Below are positions 28,866-36,563 of a stretch of DNA of 64,000 nucleotides, in pieces. A program made the translations under genes and the position numbers. Numbering within the stretch: the first letter of the stretch is position 1; every line of letters starts with the position of its first letter. Source of the stretch: a virus (lineage: Duplodnaviria; Caudoviricetes); IMG/VR virus record IMGVR_UViG_3300005683_000011, positions 1,578 through 65,577 of that record; one strand, written 5' to 3'. Below the pieces are notes generated by a model that did not search any database, was not told the origin of the DNA, and saw nothing but the letters and a program-made list of their open reading frames with translations.

Positions 28866-29426
28866 TCACCTCCCGCTTCCCCAGTGGTTGTAGCCACTGG
28901 ACAGTTCCTTGACCTTGTCCACGACGTGTTCGAGCGTAACGACATCCTCGCGGCAGTGCTTGACGATGTAGTCCATCGCCCGAACGTCGCCGTCAAGGAT
29001 TGCCTTCAGCCACTGGCTCGGGTCCACATCCGTCTTCGTGTTGCAGCCCAGGTGCTGCGCGAGCTTCTCCAGGCTGTTGTACGACATCCGCAGCTTATTC
29101 CGCGCCAACTCCACCGGATCGATGAGAACCTTCGGCGTTCTCAGAGGCTTCAGGCCAGCCCTGATGAGCCTCGTGTTCAAAAACGGGATGTCGAACTTGC
29201 GCCCGTTGTGGGCCACCCACAGATCGTACTTCTCCAACTCGTCGGCGATAGCCTTGACTAGGAGCGAGTCGTCGGATCGTTTGTTTCGCCATCCGGTGAT
29301 GAGTCGGTCGCCACGGAACGTGATGACCTTGTCACCGTCTGGCTTGATGCAAGCACACAGAACGATCCCGAAGTCTGCTTGCAGGTGCGACGTTTCGATG
29401 TCGAAAACGCACGCCTTGATTGCCAT
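28866..29426 (-). CDS. DEDD-superfamily 3'-5' exonuclease (RNase H-like)
   Basis: VFDIETS (Exo I), HNGRKFD (Exo II), HCREDV (Exo III). Confidence 0.9.
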   Translation of the reverse strand: MAIKACVFDIETSHLQADFGIVLCACIKPDGDKVITFRGDRLITGWRNKRSDDSLLVKAIADELEKYDLWVAHNGRKFDIPFLNTRLIRAGLKPLRTPKVLIDPVELARNKLRMSYNSLEKLAQHLGCNTKTDVDPSQWLKAILDGDVRAMDYIVKHCREDVVTLEHVVDKVKELSSGYNHWGSGR

Positions 29427-29427
29427 G

Positions 29428-30135
29428 TTACTTCAGCGTCCCCAGCGCACGGGCAAAGGTAATGAACGTCTTCAGGATCTGCTCGCGCGCGTTCCCATCC
29501 AGCGCCTCGTTGGAGTCGGCTGACTTGAAGCCAGCCTTCTTCATCTCGTTCGCCAGGATGCCTTGCACAGCCGGCAATTTGCCCTTAATCCCCAGCTTCG
29601 ACGCCGCAGAACCCAGAGTATCGTGAAGGTGTTTCCACGTCTTGATACTGGCGAGGAAGTCTGCATCGCCAGCCTCAGCATAGAACGCCTTCAAGCCTTC
29701 GAGCGCTTCAGCGTCTCTCGTGCCCGCATAAGTGCTTTGGAGAGCTTTGACCAATGCGTCTGGAACATCCGGGTCCGGTGGCGTGGGTCCGTCTGGCGGC
29801 GTCGGAGGTGTAGGCTTCCCGCCAGTAGTATCCACGATCACGATAGCCGGATCGGATGGCTCATCTGCCGCAGCCGTAACAGCCAGCAGACGGAACTTTC
29901 CCTTCGTCGCCGCAACCACCACGGCAGTTTTGGAGTCCTTCAGCAACTCCGTAGGAAAGACGCTCAAGCCGGGATCAAGCGCCTTCCACTTCACAACCTT
30001 GCCAAGCGTCTCAGCCTTCACCGTGATGAAGGTTGAGGGCGAACCCTCCACCTTCTCAGGCAGCTTCAACTCCACCGCATAGGAAGGGAAGCTAATCAGG
30101 GCGAGGGCGATCGCTGCAAACATCCACCGCTTCAT
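29428..30135 (-). CDS. Exported two-domain protein with Pro linker (lysis region)
   Basis: Signal peptide, Ig-like domain, PTPPTPPDGPTPPDPD linker, helical domain. Confidence 0.65.
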   Translation of the reverse strand: MKRWMFAAIALALISFPSYAVELKLPEKVEGSPSTFITVKAETLGKVVKWKALDPGLSVFPTELLKDSKTAVVVAATKGKFRLLAVTAAADEPSDPAIVIVDTTGGKPTPPTPPDGPTPPDPDVPDALVKALQSTYAGTRDAEALEGLKAFYAEAGDADFLASIKTWKHLHDTLGSAASKLGIKGKLPAVQGILANEMKKAGFKSADSNEALDGNAREQILKTFITFARALGTLK

Positions 30136-30425
30136 GATCTACTCCTTTGGTTCCGCAGTTCGTCCAAATCCTCTTGGACGCGATTGAGGGCGACCTGCAT
30201 CGTTGTGAGGTTCACGTTGATCTTCTCCAAAGTCTCGTTTTGTTTCGCCGAGATCGTTTGGAACATCGCCCTGTCGTCCTGCGCCTGCTTCAGCACATGC
30301 CGAAGCAGGAGCATGAACGCGGAGATGATGGCAAAAACGAGGAAGCCGATGAACCCCCATTCGGTTCCCGTCAAGCCGTTGAACGCGCTGTCAGCCGCCA
30401 GTAGTGTTGACGCCAGGCAGTCCAT
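30132..30425 (-). CDS. Holin-like membrane protein
   Basis: One strong TM segment (WGFIGFLVFAIISAFMLLL) followed by a coiled coil. Confidence 0.55.
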   Translation of the reverse strand: MDCLASTLLAADSAFNGLTGTEWGFIGFLVFAIISAFMLLLRHVLKQAQDDRAMFQTISAKQNETLEKINVNLTTMQVALNRVQEDLDELRNQRSRS

Positions 30426-31221
30426 ATTTCTTCCTCCGTGGGCGAAGGTCCGTCATTTTCTCCCCAGAGACGATGCCACGCTTCCGAGCGTGTGCAGCGC
30501 TGCGACTGACAACGTCAGCCGTGAGGATTCGTGGCTTGCCCACGATTTTGCGCTTGACGTGACCACACCAGGAATCCCAGTTGCAGTATACTGGAACTCC
30601 ATTGAGGGAGCAATCGCGAGTGAACGTGACATCCTCCGTGGACGCCTTCTCCGTCTCGTACTCGTCCATGTACTCGTAGTAGAACCAGGGATGCTCGACC
30701 ATCTTCTCCAGAACCTTCGTGTGCATCAGGAACAGCCCGGTCGGCAGGGCCGCAACCTCCTCGATGCCAGTGCGGATGGCAGCCTCCTCGCGCGTGTACT
30801 GCTGGAGGCTGAAGTCGATCTCCGATGGGTGATCGCTCTGGATGTTGCGCCAGCGGAAGATGAACACGTTCTCGTGCGGAGGTTGACCGCAGTATGGCGC
30901 GGCGATGACGGCTGGCCCGTCGTGGTTCTTCAGGAACTCCAGGGAACTCTGGAAGAACGGCTGGGTCGCCTCGTAGTCAACAACGATGTCGTTGTCGATC
31001 ATGAGGATAAAGTCGGCTTCCGCAGCAAGAGCCTGGCGACACGCGAGGTTGCGCGTCATCGTGATCGGCGTATCGTTGTACGCCTTGTGGTAAATGTCGC
31101 TGATCTGAAGTGCCTTGTCCTTCTTGAGACTCGTGACTAGCTTCACGAGGTAGTCCGTGATCCTGTAGTCCTCAGTGCCACCGTAGGGAAACCGAGCGAT
31201 GAACAGGCTGTACTTCGGCAT
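30391..31221 (-). CDS. GT-A fold (GT2-like) glycosyltransferase
   Basis: RN.ACR.AL, FILMIDND (DxD), PTGLFL and EDV.F motifs. Confidence 0.85.
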   Translation of the reverse strand: MPKYSLFIARFPYGGTEDYRITDYLVKLVTSLKKDKALQISDIYHKAYNDTPITMTRNLACRQALAAEADFILMIDNDIVVDYEATQPFFQSSLEFLKNHDGPAVIAAPYCGQPPHENVFIFRWRNIQSDHPSEIDFSLQQYTREEAAIRTGIEEVAALPTGLFLMHTKVLEKMVEHPWFYYEYMDEYETEKASTEDVTFTRDCSLNGVPVYCNWDSWCGHVKRKIVGKPRILTADVVSRSAAHARKRGIVSGEKMTDLRPRRKKYGLPGVNTTGG

Positions 31222-31229
31222 ACATACTC

Positions 31230-31568
31230 CTAGTATTCGCAGTAAATGACAAAACCGGCGAGCGTCTGCCCTGCCCCGGTCACGTTGAAGATAAACGCCT
31301 CACCAATGGCTGTCTCGAAGAGACCATACATCCCATCACGCAGATTTACCACCTGTCCGGCGTTCACTTCCATTGGGCCAGAAAGCAGCGTAACCGGCCA
31401 TGACTTGACAGTCAAGACTGTTGCTTTCTTTGAAGTGAAGTAAATGTTGATGATGACTAGACGCTTACCGGGAACAGACGGGACAATCGTCATGTCCCCT
31501 GTTCCCGTTGCGTTGACTATAAGACGTTTAAGGATGACCGGACCATAAGGTCCGAGAATTGAGGACAT
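31230..31568 (-). CDS. Small beta-sandwich virion protein (paralog 2)
   Basis: GD.TIV..V.GK and G.FET..GE motifs shared with 31575-31922. Confidence 0.65.
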   Translation of the reverse strand: MSSILGPYGPVILKRLIVNATGTGDMTIVPSVPGKRLVIINIYFTSKKATVLTVKSWPVTLLSGPMEVNAGQVVNLRDGMYGLFETAIGEAFIFNVTGAGQTLAGFVIYCEY

Positions 31569-31574
31569 AGGCGA

Positions 31575-31922
31575 CTAGACCTCGATGTATTGTAGCGCCC
31601 CGTCGCATGCGTTGGAGGTGGTGGTTTCGAGGTTGAGCAGTTCGCCCGCGATAGTCTCGAACCAACCGAGAGGATTGTAAGGAAGGACTAGCGGCGTGCC
31701 CGTCGCCAGAGCCATCGCACCAGTCAGTGCGGTGCCAGCAGTAGCGGATTCAAAACGAACCGCCATTGCAGCCGCAGCAGTGAGGAAAAGGGAAAGGACG
31801 CGGATCTTCTTGCCAGAGACTGCGACAACGATCGTGTTGTCACCAGCGGAGGTGTCGATGACCGCCCGCTTGATATCGATCATCTCGATGCCGTTCGTAC
31901 CCAGCAGTTTTTCGATCGCCAT
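31575..31922 (-). CDS. Small beta-sandwich virion protein (paralog 1)
   Basis: GDNTIVVAVSGKKIRVLS...GWFETIAGE; GGAGG RBS. Confidence 0.65.
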   Translation of the reverse strand: MAIEKLLGTNGIEMIDIKRAVIDTSAGDNTIVVAVSGKKIRVLSLFLTAAAAMAVRFESATAGTALTGAMALATGTPLVLPYNPLGWFETIAGELLNLETTTSNACDGALQYIEV

Positions 31923-31942
31923 GACCTACCTCCGTGCAGAAG

Positions 31943-32030
31943 AGCGGAAAGTTGGAGTCGAACCAACCTCCCCAAAGGCACTGACCATCCCATGGGAAGG
32001 TGTGCGAGGGTATCCCCGAGAGTTTTCCGC
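31943..32030 (-). ncRNA. tRNA-like element, 88 nt (possibly Gly-CCC derived)
   Basis: Perfect acceptor stem GCGGAAA/TTTCCGC plus U73 and a canonical T arm GTTGG-TTCGACT-CCAAC; D and anticodon arms non-canonical. Confidence 0.6.
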
Positions 32031-32035
32031 AGACC

Positions 32036-32109
32036 CCCCTCGTACTGGAATCGAACCAGTTTCCACCCTTTTGTATCAGGGCCGCTAGGCCACAATCGCG
32101 TACCGAGGA
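32036..32109 (-). tRNA. Degenerate tRNA with 8-nt anticodon loop GATACAAA
   Basis: T arm ACTGG-TTCGATT-CCAGT; acceptor TCCTCGG/ACGAGGG; anticodon stem GCCCT/AGGGT. Confidence 0.55.
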
Positions 32110-32113
32110 GGAG

Positions 32114-32185
32114 GGTGTCTGGTGGGTTACGATCCCACGCCGTCCCCGTCACAAGGGGTTGCTCTACCGATTGAGCTACAGACAC
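32114..32185 (-). tRNA. tRNA-His(GTG)
   Basis: Acceptor GTGTCTG/CAGACAC plus C73; D arm GCTC/GAGC; loop TTGTGAC; atypical T loop ATCGTAA; no encoded CCA. Confidence 0.85.
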
Positions 32186-32187
32186 AG

Positions 32188-32260
32188 AGCCGAGGGTGGG
32201 AGTCGAACCCACAACATCCTGCCTACAAAGCAGGCGCTCTTCCAATTGAGCTACCCAGGC
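32188..32260 (-). tRNA. tRNA-Thr(TGT)
   Basis: Full cloverleaf; CCTGC-TTTGTAG-GCAGG; GTGGG-TTCGACT-CCCAC; one acceptor mismatch; no CCA. Confidence 0.9.
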
Positions 32261-32264
32261 ACAG

Positions 32265-32333
32265 TCTCAGACCGTTGAGTTGAACAACGCCATCAGAGCT
32301 TATGAGGCTCCGCTGGGCACCGGCCCGTCTGAG
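32265..32333 (-). tRNA. tRNA with CAT anticodon (Met or Ile2)
   Basis: CTCAGAC/GTCTGAG acceptor; GAGC-CTCATAA-GCTC; CGTTG-TTCAACT-CAACG; shortened D loop. Confidence 0.8.
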
Positions 32334-32338
32334 AGGTG

Positions 32339-32366
32339 GCGACCGGAGGCGTAACTCTCCGGTCGC
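32339..32366. other. 10-bp hairpin ahead of the tRNA array (possible processing site)
   Basis: GCGACCGGAG/CTCCGGTCGC with no U-tract on the minus strand. Confidence 0.55.
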
Positions 32367-32390
32367 GCGACCTGCACGGAGGAACGTATC

Positions 32391-33014
32391 TTACCAGCGA
32401 CCCACGTCAGCGTAGATGCCGGTGTTTGTGTTGCCCGTGGTGGCAGCGCTCAGGGCGCGGCCCACCGCGTTGATGATCGGATCTTGGATGAGGCCATACG
32501 TCACAGCCTGCGTCGAAGCCGTGATGTTCGCCACACCGACGCGACCCGAAGTCGTGCCACCAGTCGAGTTGGCAGCCGTTGCAGCGACGAGCAGCGTACC
32601 GACACCGATATCAGTCGGGAACGCAGCGTCCGCAACAGGCGTGAGGACAGTCGTCGGCCCACGGGTGACGATGTAGAAATACCCGTCGTTGGGTACACCG
32701 GCGGAGGGAAGGAACTCGTCCACCACACCAGCCCAGTCTTCCGCCGCCAGCCGGCAATCGCCGTCTACGACGTGACCGTACTCGCCAGCCGTCAGGCTGA
32801 ACCGAACGAGGTGCTTCGGGAGCAACGTGGTGCCCGATTCGTTCTTGACGAGACGAATGCGGACCAGCTTACCCGAACGAGTCGGCTTCGCGCCGGCGGA
32901 GCTACTGCCCCAATCCTCGTCCTCGATCTCCCACTCGCGACCCAGGAGATGAACGAATGCACCTGTCGTGTCGTATTCACCCCGCGCGAACGGGGGATTC
33001 TCTTGCTTCGCCAT
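32391..33014 (-). CDS. Capsid decoration/cement-like protein
   Basis: Directly downstream of the major capsid gene; Ala/Gly/Thr/Val-rich beta protein. Confidence 0.6.
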   Translation of the reverse strand: MAKQENPPFARGEYDTTGAFVHLLGREWEIEDEDWGSSSAGAKPTRSGKLVRIRLVKNESGTTLLPKHLVRFSLTAGEYGHVVDGDCRLAAEDWAGVVDEFLPSAGVPNDGYFYIVTRGPTTVLTPVADAAFPTDIGVGTLLVAATAANSTGGTTSGRVGVANITASTQAVTYGLIQDPIINAVGRALSAATTGNTNTGIYADVGRW

Positions 33015-33031
33015 TACCAGTTTCCCCCTAT

Positions 33032-34126
33032 TTAGCTAGTAGCCTTCCACTTGACGAAGTTTCGCGGCGAGGCCACCTTGAGGTTTCCGAAGAAGTCGAT
33101 GCTGAAACGGTACGTCTGGCTTGCGGGGTCGAAATCCGGACCCTCCGGGCCGAACAGCTGGCTCTGAAGCGAGCAGAGTTCCATCGCGTCGGTGCAGAGA
33201 CCGTAACCCACGCCGGTCGGCACACCGTACTCGTAGGTCACTTCCGTGCCCTCGAAGTTGATGGTGTCCGTGAAGCCGAGCGACAGGAGACCGACACCCT
33301 CACCACGCCGAGTGTTCAGCTGCTCCGTCGATTCGATCTTCTCCTCGAAGAGACGGAACAACTCGTTCTCCAGCATGATGAGATCGAGCATACCGCGCTT
33401 CGACTTGTTGCGCCGGCCCTTGATGATGCCGTACCGCAGAGCCTCGCGGCAGGTGTTCGCCCACACGTCGGACGAAGCTGCCCACGAACCATCGGTGTAG
33501 TCAACCAGCAATGGCGACCAGAAGTCGTAGTGAGCGTCACCCGTGCCCGAGGGCCAGTTGACGTTCGAGGAAACGGTTGACCAGTTGCCGCCGTAGTTGC
33601 CCAGCGTCGTGACCAACCCCGCGTAGGTGTCAGACGGGAACTCAACGTAACCAGCCGCAGCACCGGAACCAACGCCACCCAGGAAGGATTCGAGTCCGTG
33701 GATACGCTTGGAATTACCCGTAGCGTTACCATCGACGTACATTTCGTCGCCGAACTGATCTTCCATATCCTCCATCAAGGAGGTGGCGATCTCCGAGTAG
33801 ACCTTGATGATCGCCTCGGTGTTCTTGTTGATGAGCCGCTCGCGCTTGGTCATCGCATCGGTCGCAGCGTAGCCACGCCACTCAAGCTGCGCCGTCTTCC
33901 AGCGATCCTTGCGGGTGAACGTCAACGTATCCATGTCCGCATAGCCGACCATGGGGATACGCTTGTACTTGACCTTCCAGTCAAGCAGATCACCACTGTT
34001 GTTCATGGTGATCCGGCCCTTGCTCTTCATAAGAGCCAGGAGCTTACGGTTACGCAGGATGTTGATTTCCTGCTCTCGGATGTATTTGTGGATCGTAGTG
34101 TTTACGATCCGACTCCACTCTGTCAT
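33032..34126 (-). CDS. Major capsid protein
   Basis: 364 aa after the scaffold; TT..KY......IL....LL..M..KG and G.K...GL patterns of HK97-fold coat proteins. Confidence 0.85.
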   Translation of the reverse strand: MTEWSRIVNTTIHKYIREQEINILRNRKLLALMKSKGRITMNNSGDLLDWKVKYKRIPMVGYADMDTLTFTRKDRWKTAQLEWRGYAATDAMTKRERLINKNTEAIIKVYSEIATSLMEDMEDQFGDEMYVDGNATGNSKRIHGLESFLGGVGSGAAAGYVEFPSDTYAGLVTTLGNYGGNWSTVSSNVNWPSGTGDAHYDFWSPLLVDYTDGSWAASSDVWANTCREALRYGIIKGRRNKSKRGMLDLIMLENELFRLFEEKIESTEQLNTRRGEGVGLLSLGFTDTINFEGTEVTYEYGVPTGVGYGLCTDAMELCSLQSQLFGPEGPDFDPASQTYRFSIDFFGNLKVASPRNFVKWKATS

Positions 34127-34146
34127 GGCTTCCTACCTCGCTTTGA

Positions 34147-35307
34147 TTAGCCGACCAGTTGGGTGCCCGGAACGATGCCAGCCGCCGCAAACTCCTTGGC
34201 CATCATTTCCTGTAGGCCACGGACGGTAATCCCAGCGGGAGCTTGGTAGTTCCCGTTGGTATTCCCTGGCGGAGCCGCAGCCTGTTGCGGAACCTGCCCC
34301 GCCGCTCGCTGGAGGAAAGCGTCCTTGACGCCTTGCCCCGGTGCTTGCGCGGGAACCTGTGCCGCACCCTGCTGCTGGCCACCAGCCGCCTGCGACATGA
34401 GGAAGTCGCGTTGAAGCAACCCCATCGCATATCGCTGCTGGCTGTTCGTGTCACGCAGGCCGAAGGACTCAGCCTCGAACACATATTGGGCAAACTGCCG
34501 ACCGAGCGAGGAGAGCGCCGGTCTACCTGTCCTTGGATCAACCGCGAGGTTTCCGCCTGCATCCCGCTGATGCAGCCACTCGCTGTTTCGTTCGATGAAC
34601 GTCTGTGCCTGGGCCTGCTCCTGAACCCGCGCCAGCTGCTGCTGAACCATCTGCCCAGCAATCTGCTGCACGATCTGCTCGATGCCCGGCTTGATCGAAC
34701 CGATCGGATCTTTCGAGAAGTTATTCAGGAACTTCTGCTGATGCTCCTGCCATTGCAGGTACTTGTGAATCAGCATCGGATCATTCCCAGGCATCACTTG
34801 CAGGTTCCCCTGCTGATCCCGGTAAATCTTCTGCTGCCACGCCGGATCGAACTCCGGTGCGTTGAACCACTGCTGCTGCTGGCTCTGCTGTGCCGCCTGA
34901 GCCGCCTGCTGCTGCGCGAGGTACTGCTGGAACTGGCTCGCGTGCTGCATGTACTGCTGAGCATACGGCAGATACTGCTGCTGCTCCTGAGCCTGACGCA
35001 CAACCTGAACGAGGTGCTGCAAAGCGCTGTGGTCATTCTGGAACTGGCCACGAACGTCGTATCCGTACTGAGCCAGCACGTCGCGAACGGTCGGATCTTG
35101 CGCGGCCTGCTGAGGAATCGTCCCCGGCAGACTCGTTGCCCCAGGTTGCGTGCCCCCAGCCGGCAGCGATGCGGGTTGTGTGGATTGCCCTCCCGCACCG
35201 CTACCGACTGCGGGTTGCGCTGGAGGAGTTGCAGGTGCCGAAGGAGGCGTTGCCGCCCCGCCTTGCCCACCCTGCCCCACTGTGCCCAAACCTTCGAGAG
35301 GGTCCAT
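34147..35307 (-). CDS. Scaffolding protein (Gln/Pro-rich)
   Basis: Start MDPL with GGAG RBS; low-complexity and helical; directly upstream of the capsid gene. Confidence 0.7.
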   Translation of the reverse strand: MDPLEGLGTVGQGGQGGAATPPSAPATPPAQPAVGSGAGGQSTQPASLPAGGTQPGATSLPGTIPQQAAQDPTVRDVLAQYGYDVRGQFQNDHSALQHLVQVVRQAQEQQQYLPYAQQYMQHASQFQQYLAQQQAAQAAQQSQQQQWFNAPEFDPAWQQKIYRDQQGNLQVMPGNDPMLIHKYLQWQEHQQKFLNNFSKDPIGSIKPGIEQIVQQIAGQMVQQQLARVQEQAQAQTFIERNSEWLHQRDAGGNLAVDPRTGRPALSSLGRQFAQYVFEAESFGLRDTNSQQRYAMGLLQRDFLMSQAAGGQQQGAAQVPAQAPGQGVKDAFLQRAAGQVPQQAAAPPGNTNGNYQAPAGITVRGLQEMMAKEFAAAGIVPGTQLVG

Positions 35308-35407
35308 TCCGAACTCCATTTCAATGCTCGCGTCCTTCGCGATGAACCTAATGTACACATGCCTAAACCACAAAATCTAGGCCACTTTACAAAATCAGCG
35401 CGCACCG

Positions 35408-35715
35408 AGGCTTCCCACCGTCATGTAGGGGAAATCCCCTCAGAAGTGGGTAGCCTGTGCTGTTACAACCGAGGGAGAAGCCTTTTCAGAGGACCAGAGA
35501 CGAGTGCTGTATTGGCGGTTTGATCTTCTACATGACTTGGTGGACCAGGACGCAGCCTCGATTGGTGGATCAACTACCACCGCGTTGCCTGGAAACCCCG
35601 TAGGGACCGCCTTTAGCCCCTCTGTTCATCCTCGCCGGGTGAATTGTTACCCCGTGGCCGGTCAGGTTGAGCGTACACCTGACTGCGATTGCCTTTGAAA
35701 GGTAGGAACCGCCAA
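35408..35715 (-). ncRNA. Candidate structured RNA / leader of the late operon
   Basis: 9-bp closing stem TTGGCGGTT/AACCGCCAA with nested hairpins, plus a second domain closed by AGGCTTC/GAAGCCT. Confidence 0.45.
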
Positions 35716-35722
35716 AGAACCC

Positions 35723-35751
35723 TTGCATAGTTCGTTTGTGAACGCTACTAT
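35723..35751 (+). promoter_or_regulatory. Sigma70-like promoter
   Basis: TTGCAT-17nt-TACTAT. Confidence 0.6.
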
Positions 35752-35772
35752 GCGTCTCGGTTGTTTATTCGA

Positions 35773-35806
35773 GGCGATCGGGAGTTGCGGCCCGGTCGCC
35801 TTTTTT
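35773..35806 (+). terminator. Intrinsic terminator
   Basis: GGCGATCGGG/CCCGGTCGCC hairpin followed by TTTTTT. Confidence 0.85.
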
Positions 35807-36397
35807 CGTTATACCGCCGCTCGCCTTGACAAGTCTAGGCCAGTTCACGCTTTACGCCGTTTTCTCGTCATTTTCGTCATCCCAAGTCGATTCGGTACGG
35901 TCGATTCAGGTTGTGGAAAACTCTTTGGCGTGCAGATGACTATATTTGGCGCTGCGCCGGGGGTCTACCCACCCCCCTTCGTCTCGCTGTAACTCGTTGC
36001 GCCACAACGACTTACGTCTTTCGCCAGCAGAACTGCAAGCGAAAATCGCTTTCGTTTTCACATAAAGGGTAATGAGTTGCCTTAATTGGTATGGTGTTGA
36101 CAATGTCAAGGTTGAGGGAGGGATGAGCGGTCAGAGATAGTAGGGGTTCTTCGATGTGTACGCCAGTCCAGTCCCCCCCCGCCCACACTAACACTACTGA
36201 ACGCGCGGACATTATGCAATAGCAACCTGGACATTCGACGCATCTACTGACAGGACAAGGGGATAGGTGAAGTGTATAGAGAGTGTAAAGTTAGATAGAT
36301 ACTGTATGGTTCGTGGGGTTTACACTCTGTACGCTCTCGCATCACGTCAAGGAAATCCGGAAAGAATCTCAAAATAGTTACAAACCGTTTGCCTGAT

Positions 36398-36426
36398 TTG
36401 CTTTGCGTCGATCTTTCCCGTACCAT
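36398..36426 (+). promoter_or_regulatory. Sigma70-like early promoter
   Basis: TTGCTT-17nt-TACCAT upstream of the first rightward gene. Confidence 0.6.
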
Positions 36427-36563
36427 TTCGATAGGTTTGTTTGCTTCCCGCACGGGATGAGCTAGAGGAAACATAGGCAAGGATGCCACGAACGGAAGAA
36501 CGGTTGAGTGTTCAACCTTTCCGATTCGCTGGCATCACTGGCCTACACACTGGGGATTGCACC

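Noticed and set aside
383-35523. Many long plus-strand ORFs over the late arm (e.g. 383-1282, 13803-15443, 30184-31140, 34243-35523)
   Set aside because: They are antisense shadows of high-GC coding genes; they have no motifs or RBS, and the minus strand forms a tightly coupled operon.
35590-35625. GAGGG, CTAA and GGTCCC on the minus strand resembling a twister ribozyme
   Set aside because: Spacing is too short for P1, P2 and P4 to form.
35826-35860. Perfect TTGACA as a rightward promoter
   Set aside because: No plausible -10 element at 16-18 nt.
36436-36472. GGGATGAG...GAAAC resembling a second hammerhead
   Set aside because: The core is CGGGATGA rather than CTGATGA and stem II lacks the G-C closing pair; a plain hairpin explains it better.
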